A DNA stretch of 64,000 bases from Balanoglossus misakiensis (taxonomy: Eukaryota; Animalia; Hemichordata). The stretch's first letter is position 1; each line of letters begins with the position of its first letter. Made by a program: the position numbers and the translations under genes. This document shows, piece after piece, positions 38,756 through 51,039 of this stretch. The notes under the pieces are model-generated. The model was given only the letters and a program-made list of their open reading frames with translations, made no database searches and was not told the DNA's origin. The stretch spans positions 7,673,519-7,737,518 of the forward strand of contig CM082578.2 of the NCBI GenBank assembly GCA_040954595.2, in the 5' to 3' direction.

Positions 38756-41700
38756 GTGAGTCCCTTGTCAGTTTCTGGTTCTACGTCTGGTCGTAAGCTT
38801 CTGATGATGAGATGAAGATCGAGATTTGTAAATTAATTATCAGTATGACTTGCACGTATCAATGCCGCTTGGGTTCTGCTTCAAGAAAACCCTTGCTCAC
38901 TCGTTCGTGGAGGCCGTGATTTTATCGTGATATTGATGGACATAATTATTGTCAAGAAGCCCGGGAACGACATTGAGACGTGGCAAATTGTCAACCCGGA
39001 CACAAGTCGCCTTTTCTTTGCAAGCTCTGCAGAAGGGTGTATTGTGCGTTTCACAGTTCACTGTTCAGGAAGTAGATCGTGCAAGATTGGCGGGAAGTGG
39101 TAGGCTTTGCTTGGCGAGTTTACCGGTATTTACCACAGACCAGTGTGGTAGTTACCGGTTGCATCTCAAACCACAAACGCATCTTTCCACTGGGGGAAAT
39201 AAATGGCCACTTTCTTCTGTTGCTTTGGTAACTGCTGATGACTACCAGCAACTGACGAACTATTAATAGTTCGTCAATGTTTGCCAATTGGGACAGTAGT
39301 GCTAGTACATAATGTTTGGTAAGATTTACTGGAAAAGGCTTCATGTATAGTGATATTGTAAAAAAAATGTTTAAAAAACCAACTGTGTGTTGCAACCCAT
39401 ACTCAATATCTTTTGACCATAATCATCATAGATCAATTGGGATAAGGCTGCATTCACAAACACCTCTGGAGGGGGGGGCGGGAGAATTCAATTTTTTTTA
39501 CCGCTAATTTTCACATGCCCCCCTTCCGAACTGCCAATATTTTCAAACCCCCCCCTTCCGAACTGCCAAAATTTTGAAATCCCACCCCCCCATTGTCTTT
39601 CACAGATCAAAACACATCACCTATCTATCTTGTAAAAAGAAAAACAGCGCTCCCATGAAAAGAATTTGAAACTGATGTTTCCCCTCATCAGTGGGTATTA
39701 AAACTGAACATTGTTTTTATTTTTTAAGTACATATATTTGTATTCTGTGTTGGGAGACTTTGTAAACCGAGAATTGAAGGGGGTGGGTTTGTCCCCCTCC
39801 CACGTAAGAAAATTTTCTAAAATACAGAGCTCAAAGCTGCATTTTAATGAACCCGGCAAAAGCAAATTAACTCAACTACCGGTATGTTGGGGAGGACAAA
39901 TTTAACCGTCGGCGCTCAAAGTTATCATGGGGTGGGGCAAGTCCCCTGACCTGGGACACTAGATAAACCAGTCAATGATTGAAAGGTGTTGATGAATGGA
40001 GGGGGTGGGTGTGGGAGGGGGTGTCCCCCTCCCACATGAGAAAATTTTGTAAAATAAAGGGCGCGAAACTGCATTTTTGTGGACTCAAAATAAATATTTA
40101 GTCGTTAAAGTTTTCAAGTCCCCCCCTTTCAGTCCCTAAATTATTTCAAATCCCCCCCCCTCACATACCCTCAATTTTTTCAAATCCCCCCCCTCAATTC
40201 TCCTGCCCCCCCCCTCCAGAGGTGTTTGTGAATGCAGCCTAATATTGACAGGCCTTTGTACTGAATGAAAGAAATATAACTGTAGATGGATTATAAGCTC
40301 ATTAGCTTTGCCAAGTGATAGGATTATGTCTGCAGTTGTATTGACTGAACTGTAACAATGGTTTACCGTTTTACCATTCACACAACAGGTCTCTCTATTG
40401 AGTTCATGAAAACACTTTTTCTCACAACACCTTGCTGTAGAGCCGTGTGAACATTGAACGTAACGCTGTCAGCTGTGTACAGCGTTGTTGGTTGTATCAC
40501 CCCCAGACAATTTATGCAGGTCTGAGGAGGTATAGGTAATTGTGTATGGCATATGCATAAGAATGCCTTCATTAACTTGTAGCTTTGTTCACATCATCTG
40601 CAATCCACTCCTGTCTGGGACTCAGTCATGGCTTTAACTCGGGGCTGGTGTCATTTACAACCAGCTTCTCTGGACGCTGAGCATCAACTAAAGGATGCCA
40701 AAACTTTTCCACACTCAAATTTTACGCTGACTCAGATTTTAGGCTGGTTGATTTAAACACAATTGACCTAAAGCATCCAATACAACCCTACACTCTTTTG
40801 TCCAATGATGCTGAGTCAGCATGACCTTAGGAAAAAACTTAAAGTTAAGAAATTTTGGGTTATTCTTTTTTTGATGATCTCATTGGTGACATTACAACAA
40901 AATTCATACAATACAAAAATGCACCAAACATTGAAAATATCAATGAACTTTTGGTCAATTCCTGTTATTTTTGTTTAAAAAATCGATTTTTAATAAGACA
41001 CTTGTCAATGCAAACAGCTGTGATTGTTTCATTCACACGAGAGCCACAGGTGAAACCCACAGTACAAACAGGCACACGTGTGATTCCTGAACTTTGTTGG
41101 TACAAATCAACATTGGGTAGCCTTGTAATCTAGTGGAGGAAAATGACTGGTATTTTTCTCATCAATACATATTTATAAATTCCTTTAGTGGCCTTCAAAT
41201 TGTAATTGATATTGCTTCAACATACATTTCAATAGGCATATAAATAATATCAGTACAGTGGCAGTGACTATGATACTGTTGCTGAGCAGTTCCCATAGCA
41301 ATGGGATTGTTTCTGAGTAGTTTCTGTGACAACAGATTGTTTCTGAGCAGTTTCCATGGCAGTTGTGGTATCACAATGATTGTCAGACACGCATACTCCA
41401 AAATGAATGAATTTTGTTTAATTTTTTGATAATTTTGATAAATATCTGCAAAGGTGCTAAGTGATTTGTTGGATAGTGTCTACTGCACTGCTGGAAGTTT
41501 CAACACAAAAGATACCCAGTGGCTGACCAGTACTTGAGCCCTCTAGTGTCAGCCTTCAGAAAGTGAAAGTAGTTCTGAGAGTCTGTGATGAGCAGAGACC
41601 TGTCACTTCATTTGCAAGTTAGACAGTGCAGCTGCAGGGTGTGTGAACATCATGGCTGGGGTTCCTGACGCTCAAAAGTTGGATTCTCTGAGAGAGGTAG

Positions 41701-44700
41701 CCAACAGACTCCGCATAGACAGTATTAGAGCGACTAATGCAGGAGGCTCTGGGTGAGAAAGAATTTCTGTTGCATTGGGGCAGTTTTTAGTGTGCTGTGT
41801 GCTTTATACAGGCTTGCTGGTTTTAGTGGGTAAATTTTGAGGAAGGCTCTTGCAGGATGTTTGGCTTTGGTGGTTTGGTCTGGTTAAATAGAATATTCTG
41901 CTTGCATGTGATAATTTCTTCTTCCTGTGTGCAGTGCATGTGGAAACTCATTGGGTTTTCATTCAAGAAAGAACTTTGGCTCAGAGAAGAATATTCAGGG
42001 ATTTACTTTGGGCTGATGCAAGGGGTGGGGGTTTGCATTATTTGCCAAGTTTGCATTTTATTATCCAAAGTCTGCTCTTTGTAAAGTAATGGCACTCGTG
42101 ATAAAATGTCTGTTAATAATAGAATCATTTCTGTAGGCATGCTATTTTGCTTGTTGAAGCCAGGTTTTACTGAATGAATTGCAAGTCATTATCTGTTGAC
42201 AGAGTTGTTGAATTTCTTCTAGCATGCTGTTGTACTGCAGAAATATCTAGTTTACCAGTGCAAAAACAAGTGCTACTGTACAGCATGGTTTGTCAAATTT
42301 AAATTGACAAAAAACTGACTTGCATATTTGACAATGCTGTTGTAAATTCCAAGTTCAAATCTTGGTTGCTCAGAAAGAATTGGCTAAAAAATCAAAAGTA
42401 CATTCTCAGTACAGCTCCATTAGTCAGACGGAGAGTGCAAATAAGTTTGATAATGACCAACCATGATACAATGGACTTCACAATGGCAACTATTGCAGTG
42501 TCATGGTATATTTACATCCACAGGGGGTGCCACTCCTAGCTTGGGTTCTGGCGTGGGAATCGGCAAATGTCCTGTTTTGTGAAACTATAAATGCAGTGTA
42601 GTTGAGTAAAGAAAGCAGGCACAGAGAAATTCATCGTATTGAACAGTACTATGTTAGGTTAATAAGAATTTTTACGATAGATTTTTGTACCAAATTTTCA
42701 GTTTGTTTGTGTGGTGACTATGCTGGAAATGTATCTCTTTCCAGGGGCGAGTTTATCCTGTCAACTACTCGTGTGAAATCACAAAATATGCCTGACAAGT
42801 CATCCTTGTCAGAATCAAGTATCAACAAGTGACTGTTTTTCCCCCGATTTTAATATTCAAAAGTCTTTGTGCAAATTAATTCATTTAGAATAATGCATTC
42901 CTCAGACCTGCTAGAGTTCATTGACCTCTACTGCATTGTTGATTATTGTCATTGCTTGGTGAAATGTTCAGTGTACTGTAAACGCCAGAAAAGTTGTGAA
43001 ATCTGGTTGAAAGAATGAAAAATTTGGGGTGACTATATATCCATGTGTGAACTGTGACGAGTGTAGATTATACAGGTAGTAACATCATTAATGCAGAAAT
43101 TAATTTGTAATTGTCCAGCCATACCACCAGCCCCAATTTACCTGGATGTTGGTTCATTTACTTCAACTGTCCTAATGAAAATACAAGTGTTACACTACAT
43201 TTATAAAATGTGATGATGAATAGGGTTGGATCCAGGGTGAGAAATTCTGCTGACTTGCCAAAAATAGTTTTAGTAGGGAAACTGAGACTATTGTTACTGT
43301 AAAAACTAACCAATTGTTTTTCTGACAATTAGCAGTCGAAAACATGTCTGGGCAAATCAACTCTGCATTGTAACTTGCATGGGAATTGGTAACATGCAGA
43401 TTGGGGAATTATCACACTGAAGATGGTCACTAGCAACTTGTTTTTGCTAAGGATATGTGTATAATGATTTACAGGGGTGTATAATGATTTACTTTGCACA
43501 ATTAAAAAAAAACAAGCAAAACCTTCTCAGTGATTTGTATTTCTACCCTCATGTTTGACTCCTAATTTGTTTCTTCCCACAGACATCCAACATCATGTTG
43601 CAGTGCAGCAGAGCTCATGTCCGTTCTGTTCTTCCACGAGATGAAATACAGTGTGAAGGAACCCAAGAACCCAGCCAATGACAGATTCATCTTGTCAAAG
43701 GTGAGACATATCCATGTTTCCACATGTATAGTACATTTACATAAAAAAGTAATGGTCAACAAACAATGAATTATTATATTCATCCATTCATGAATTGTAA
43801 CTGTCTGGAACCTGTTACATGTAATTATTAAACTCCAGTTACATTTTTGAAGTTTGCACAGGAAAATTACATATCAGCTGATGGGGCAACTTCTGACATG
43901 TATTTTTGATCAAAGAGATGTCTAGAGATCTTTCTAATTTACTTTATTATTCCTTGCTATTTTGTGTATGAATTCATTAACTTGAGTTCCATACGATGTG
44001 CTGAGATATGAAAGGCCGGTGTTCGTTTTTGATGGCCGCATCGTGTAGATCCCTAAGGTAAACATCACAGCCTAATGTGTAATAATAGGGACTATTTTCT
44101 GTTTACCCACCCCAAAACAACAACAACAACAACACCAAACAAAACAATTCTTTGTTTCACAGGGTCATGCAGCCCCAGTTCTGTACGCAGCTTGGGCCGA
44201 AGCTGGTCTCTTCCCGGTTGAAGATTTGCTCAATCTCCGTAAGATTGACAACGACTTGGAAGGCCACCCGACACCTGTAAGTTATGGACTGACCTCCACC
44301 AGTATTTGCAATGATGCCACTAGTAGTGTTGATTGGGGTGATTGGATATCGGAGCGATGTTTTAAAGTTTGTAAGAAATTGAGGTTTCATCGACAGGTGT
44401 TTTAAAATGTAGGGATCGTGATCTCTCTCACTGGCATTGTCATTCTCATATGTGTGAAGATTCTCTTCTGTCTCTTTTGAGCTTATGATTTGGTCAAAAA
44501 ATTTTCTGTGATGCCCTTCATACTAGGCTTGTCATTCTGCAATGTAATCTACTATTTTCTCAGAGACTGAACTTCATCGATGTTGCAACTGGTTCTCTCG
44601 GCCAAGGTCTGAGTGTGGCAGCCGGTATGGCCTACACTGGCAAATATTTTGACAAGGCTGGGTAAGTATTCAAGTAACTTGTGTTTTGTTTTGTTTTGGT

Positions 44701-47700
44701 CACATCACCACCTTAGAGTGTAACTATGTAAATCTTCAGGTTGATTCATATAATATAGCCCTACCTCTGTGAGTGGTGTGTTGGACAAGTCCAATACGTT
44801 GCATTACAGATACAGATACAGATACAGGTGTTTAACTGACATTTATACTTTTCACAGGTAATTTCCACTAATCACAGCAACAACAACATCTACTAGGAAG
44901 AAGTTTGTGCTACAGTCCAGTTTCTGCCATTTTGTGCTATCATCAACTTTTTCTCTCTATTTTCTCCCTGTATTCAGGTACCGCACATACTGTCTGATTG
45001 GTGATGGAGAGAGTGCTGAGGGGTCCGTCTGGGAGGCCATGAACTTTGCCAGCCACTACAAACTGGACAACCTGGTGGCCATCTTTGATGTCAACAGGCT
45101 GGGTCAGAGCGATCCTGCCATCTTGGAACACGACACCGACACTTACCGCAGACGTGCCGAGGCATTTGGGTGAGAGAAACTCTCTTGTCGTGAAGCGTCG
45201 TGGCCTATATATGCATTGATCATTGTCAGGGAAAACAATAATGAATTGTCCTAGTGATAGTTGTGAAGGGGTTTGAGGATAGCAATGTGTATCAGATATC
45301 TTTACCTTCAGCCAGTTGCAATCAGTCTCTAACATTGTGATTTTGCCTTGGTTTGTCCCCTACCAGATGGAACACCTATGTTGTGGATGGCCATGATGTT
45401 GAAGCTCTGTGCAAGGCGTTCTACGACGCTACAACCGTCAAGAACAAGCCAACATGTATCGTTGCAAAGACATTCAAGGGACAGGGAATTCCAGGTAAAA
45501 TCATTTGTTTCTTTCACTTTTTCACCTAGAAGTAATTCTCATCAGCCTGTCTGGTTCAAAGAAATTTACTAACATGTGACAATGTGTAGGATTTCCATGC
45601 CGTGATATTCTATAATCTGATCATTTATTTTACCAATTGTTGTGCAGTTAGATGTTGGAAGATAGAGAATTGATTTGTAGATGGTATCATGTTGTTGGCT
45701 ATATTTCAACTCATTCTTTACTGATTTGTGTTGAGTTTTGAAGTCTTGTTGTAATTAGAAATGGAAAACTAAGATAAAATACAGCATGTACATTACTACC
45801 AGCTTGTTAGTTTCCTGTTGTTTTAAGTAAGATTTGACTGAATATTTGTTGTACAGGGACCCGTTTCTGACCCATTTTCATTCTCATTTCATAGTGCCAG
45901 ATTAAAGTTTGTTTGTCTTTCCCCTAGGTATTGCTGATTTGATGGGATGGCATGGCAAACCCCTCGGAGACAAAGCAGCAGGTGCCATTGAAGCCATTCA
46001 AGGTCAGATCAAATCAACCAATGGTCATGGTCTGTGTCCATCAATGCCAACAGAGAAAGTCCCAGCTCTGAATCTCACTGTCAAATTAGCCGAACCACCA
46101 AATTACAACAAAGGAGACAAGGTATGGGTAAAACTTGAACAGGCTTTGTGTTTTGCTGCATGGTATTGAGGAACTATTAATAATAAAACAAAGAAAATAA
46201 GTATTTTAATGATGTAGTAATTTTATGGCAAATATCATTGTGCACACACATTCTCATTATGGTTGCTTACTTTCCAGTTTTCTCGCATACTTTGAGAATG
46301 TTCATCACCAGCAAAAATGTGAACAACTTTTTTTTTGATAGGTCGCTACCCGTGTTGCCTATGGAACAGCACTCGTTAAACTGGGCAAGGACAACCCGCA
46401 CGTCATCGCGATGGACGGCGACACCAAGAATTCCACCTTCTCGGAAACTTACAAGAAGGCCTTCCCAGATCGCTACGTGGAATGCTACATCGCTGAACAG
46501 AACCTTGTCGGGGTTGCCATGGGAGCCGCCTGCCGCGACCGGGCCGTGGTCTTCGCCAGTACGTTTGCGGCGTTTTGGACGAGAGGCTTCGACCACATCC
46601 GTATGGGAGCTGTCTCTCAAACAAATGTGAATTTCTGCGGATCCCATTGTGGCATATCAATTGGTGAGTCCACTGTTTGTTTGGCATTCAATCCCTGTGT
46701 GCAACAATTTTGCTTTGAGCTTCTGTGAAACCACTTTTTTCTGCAGTTGGCCTGTGAGGGCGCCTTCATTTACCTGCAGTTACAGCATGCATTTGGGGAA
46801 AATTGAACCAGTAGATTTTTATTGTGTTGACCATGATGTACATGTAATTGATTATGGTTTGTGGAGACTAGCCTGGTTCATTTTGAAACGAACCAAAATA
46901 GTATCGTGATCTTTTGTCAGGAAAGACTTTCTTTGTGGTGTTACCTGTAGGGCAGAAATTGAGTCGTCTTCCATGTGTCTTCCGCAGTGTATGTCCCCTG
47001 CACATTTCCTCCATGTATCCTTCTGTGTCCCTGCCCACACAGGTGGCGAAACCCGCAAATTTAAATCCATTTTTCAGCTTTCTTCAAAATGGGCTTAAAG
47101 TTCTAATCTGATATGTGACTGTCTTTTAAGCTTGCGACAAGTTCAGCTTGGACATTGTCTTTTCAGCTTAGCATGATACCAAAATGAGAAATACATCATC
47201 ATTTGTTATGATATTTTCAACCTTCAGGTGAGGATGGCCCCTCACAAATGGCACTGGAAGATCTGGCCATGTTCCGCACCATCCCCGGCGCCACAGTGTT
47301 TTACCCGTGTGACGCAGTATCGACTGAGAGGGCGATCGAGCTAGCCGCCAACACAAAGGGCATTTGTTTCATTCGCACCAGTCGCCCGGCAACCGCTGTA
47401 CTGTACGGCAACAATGAACCCTTCCAAGCAGGCAAAGCCAAGGTTAGTACAATCTCTGTTGTTTGTTGGTTGAAAAAATATATGCCCTGTTGAAAAATAT
47501 CGATGAAATATTCTGAACAGCTTGTGTATAAACAGCTCATTAGATTATCTTGGCAGAGAATTGGAAGAATTTTTTATTGTGATTTTGAAACATCTGAAGT
47601 AAAATCATCATTTTCAAAAATTGAAACATATATGGATGTTTTTTGTTGCCAGATCGTTCATGACAGTGCAAATCCGCAAGTGACCTTAGTCGGAGCCGGA

Positions 47701-48515
47701 GTGACTCTTCACGAAGCTTTGAAAGCTGCAGATAAGCTGGCCGCAGATGGTATTAATGTCCGTGTGATCGATCCATTCACCCTGAAACCCATCGATGTGG
47801 AGACCTTGGCAAAGAGCGCCAGTGAGACTGGTGGCAAGGTGCTCACAGTGGAAGATCATTATCCTGAAGGTGAGTCTGGTCGCCAAAGCACAATTTTTTT
47901 ACCTCGCCAAAGTTGGTGGAAACTCTTAAGAATTCTCAAACAAGTGTTAATCGTTTTCAATGGAGGATCAAGTGAGATTATTAGTTGGGGATTTTTTGAC
48001 TAATTGTCTCTGACGAGAGTGAGAAATGTTATCCCAGGTTCTTGGTGTGTGAGATTCTATTTCTCACATAACCACAAATTACCGGTAGTCAAATTGAGTA
48101 ATTGACTGTGTAACTGTCGTCTGACACGTTGTAGTTTCTGCCCATGTATTGCACATCATGCAACTGGATAGCATTTAGCATGCATTGATTAAAGAACGTT
48201 GTGTCATCCATCGATTCTGCAAGAGCATGCATGATCGATTAGTTTTCACACTCTCGATCGCACAGACTCAAGCGGTCAGGAGTGTGAGGATAACCTTTCT
48301 AACATGTACATACTTTTTCTCTCAACTTGTGTGTACCTGCAGGTGGTCTAGGAGAGGCTGTGGCGGGCGCCTTGTCCAACTTCCCGAACATCACCGTGCG
48401 ACGCCTGGCTGTCACCGGCATTCCACGCAGCGGTAAATCCGGAGAACTTCTGGAGATGTTCGGCATCAGCGCCAACGCCGTCGTCAAGGCTGTCAAAGAA
48501 ATGACCAAGGCTTAA
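38649..48515 (+). CDS. TKT: Transketolase, copy 1 (about 625 aa with exon 1a, 623 aa with exon 1b)
   Basis: Exon 1a 38649-38755 or 1b 41652-41752, then 43583-43700, 44163-44276, 44564-44661, 44978-45169, 45367-45494, 45928-46121, 46342-46663, 47228-47442, 47653-47869, 48343-48515. Canonical motifs [39 protein letters not shown]...[42 protein letters not shown]. Confidence 0.96.
39446..40239. mobile_element. MITE, PIF/Harbinger-like
   Basis: About 43-bp terminal inverted repeats (ggctgcattcacaaacacctctggagggggggg...) flanked by TAA at 39443-39445 and 40240-40242; internal C/G-rich subrepeats; no transposase. Confidence 0.85.
41652..41752 (+). CDS. TKT: Transketolase copy 1 alternative first exon 1b
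   Basis: atcATGG start; [33 protein letters not shown]; phase-2 donor GG|gtgaga compatible with the exon at 43583. Confidence 0.85.
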
Positions 48516-49167
48516 AACTCGACAACGGTCACCGACTGACATTTCTTCTCAAATTTTTTGTAGAACTGAATCATTCAATGCGGTTATTGTTTCTAGAATA
48601 ATCATTGAACCTCGACATTTAGCATATATGGCATTCACGATATAGTGATTGGATTTTTTCCGAATTTCCTTTATGCAATCAGATTCGGATTTCCTAAGCT
48701 TGCCTCAATGAAGTGGATTTAATTTTACGATAAAATCTATCTCCCATCACTCATATTTTACTGTTGGGCGAGTAGTTTAGGACACCACTGAAATATTCTG
48801 TACGAATTTCATGCATGTTGTCAGGGAAACTGATGTATATGGAAAGAGAAAATGCATATTTTAGTTACTGCTTCAGTTAGTAGAATCTTTCGTGAATTAC
48901 TTTTGGAGAAAGTAACTTTATTATTAGCTTGGGAACAAAACTGACGTTTAAGATATACGCTCGTGAATGATATCTGTGGTGGGCAGTGTATTATGAAAAC
49001 CAATTATGATCACTTTGAGCAAGAAAAGCGGTTACCCACATTATGAGGTTAGCACAAGCCGCAGAAGTACAGATGAGTCAATTGCTGTTGTAACTTGTAT
49101 ATAATGTGATGGATGCAACTGCCTTGTGTAATTTTCCCTCTGCGTAAATGTGTATGCATTGCACTGA

Positions 49168-49173
49168 AATAAA
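49168..49173 (+). terminator. Candidate polyadenylation signal of TKT copy 1
   Basis: AATAAA about 650 nt after the stop, followed by GT-rich sequence. Confidence 0.5.
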
Positions 49174-51039
49174 AAACCATGGTTTCAATTTGGAGTGGAT
49201 CTGTTGCTGTCGTTGTGTACATTGCAGTGTTAAACACTCATAACTCTGAAAGCATGCGAGTTGAATTTCTGTGATGACCTGTTGATCACGAGTACCTCAA
49301 TTCTTTAGTTGCAATCATTTTCCTCCTCCTGGCCACTATCAAGTCGGTGGATCTGGGCTATCCATCACTTTAGGTATATGGTTGAGCGATTTATCTGATG
49401 ATCTCTTGTCTGTTCTATGTTCGTTTCAATGACAACCATTTAGCTGCACTACATGTTGCCACAAGCTTTGTCTGTCAGCCGGATTCTCTACCATGCTACC
49501 CTTCATTTCCTACGCGTCTCCTCCTCCATTTATACCACTGGCTACACAAGGCAGTCATTGGTTGAAATGGGGCCGTTGTGCACATTCATTCATACTAGTA
49601 TTTCATGAACAGCCACATTCTCCACACAGAGACTAACGTGGATAATGTTCACCTAGGTTAAGGAGTCTGACCCGATACTCTATCATCAGACCATGGTCAT
49701 ACACTCTAGCTAGATATTACAATTATCCATTGCTAGTGTCCGTGTTTGGTCACAGAAGATGGTGTTTGCAACAGTTGGTTATATGCATGCAGATAAAATG
49801 TACAACAAATGCTGCTTGTTTGGTTTTCATTACATTCGTGCATTATTGTCCTTCTTAGTCCATACAGGTACCAGAGTTTGTGGACCTATTTTGAGGTCCT
49901 GTTTAAATTGAAAGTGGATTTTTCTCTAAAAATAACTATGGAAGCAGCAATGTTTTTTTTAGACTCGCGTGTACATGTAATTGATAGGTGAGAATGGGTC
50001 CTGTTGGTGTAGCTCTGGCAGGGCTACACTTCCCACCACTGCCAGTAACAATGCACACACGTGAATTAAACTTTGTAAAAGCATTAATTTTTACTGGGAT
50101 TTCATTTCATTTCATGTTTGGGACACGTTCACAAGGTTTTAAAATGATTTGGTCATAAACAACATATTTTATGGTAAATTTTTACATTTTCATTTGGGAG
50201 TTAAGCGAATTTTATCAAACGGCCGAGGAGATAAAATTAATACCCATTGAAACATTAATGCTTTTAACAAAAGTGCATACATACACGTAGGACAGCTGGG
50301 GCCGGCAATGGCCATTTCAACGCCGGAAGATACAAAGCAACATCACATCACGTCTCTTTGAATAAGTCACGTGTCAAAATTTTTCAAAGAGTTTGTGTTA
50401 TTTTTAGCCTGAAACCAATTTGTTTGATGCGCTACACGGTGCGAGTTTAGGCCACGAGGACGGACAGAGACTTGTGCCACAGGTATGTTGGGATCCCGGT
50501 TGGGAGAACGGTAGTTAGTGATATGACTTTATTATTTTTACAATTGACCATTTAAGCTATGTAGGCCTATGTGCAACTAACAGGGGTGACGGCGGTGATC
50601 GATCGATTAAGGATGTAGAGTTCCATCTGGTGGATTTCGATTTCAGTTCACGTAGGCCTTGATCATCCCTTACCCATGACTGTATGGTTACGCTGGGGCC
50701 GTTTTGCGAAAGTCTCTCTCTCACTGCCCTTTTTCCATTAACTATGTTTGACACAAGACATTGTACATGTGGATATATAGAGAATCAACGTTCAACCACA
50801 CACACATTTCATCCCGCTTTTAGACACAAGATTGAAAGTTCTCGCCAAAATGAATAATCGTTCTCTACCATTTGAGATTTTACTCTAATATCGTACACGC
50901 GGGATGGAAGTTGTGTGTGGTTTAACGTTCTATTGAGCAGACAACCATTCTGTGTGTGACCATGATACACACTCATTTCGCAGCACCCGCAGACAATTTG
51001 TTGGACAGCCTCCACACCCGTAGAAGTTTGAAAGTCAAC

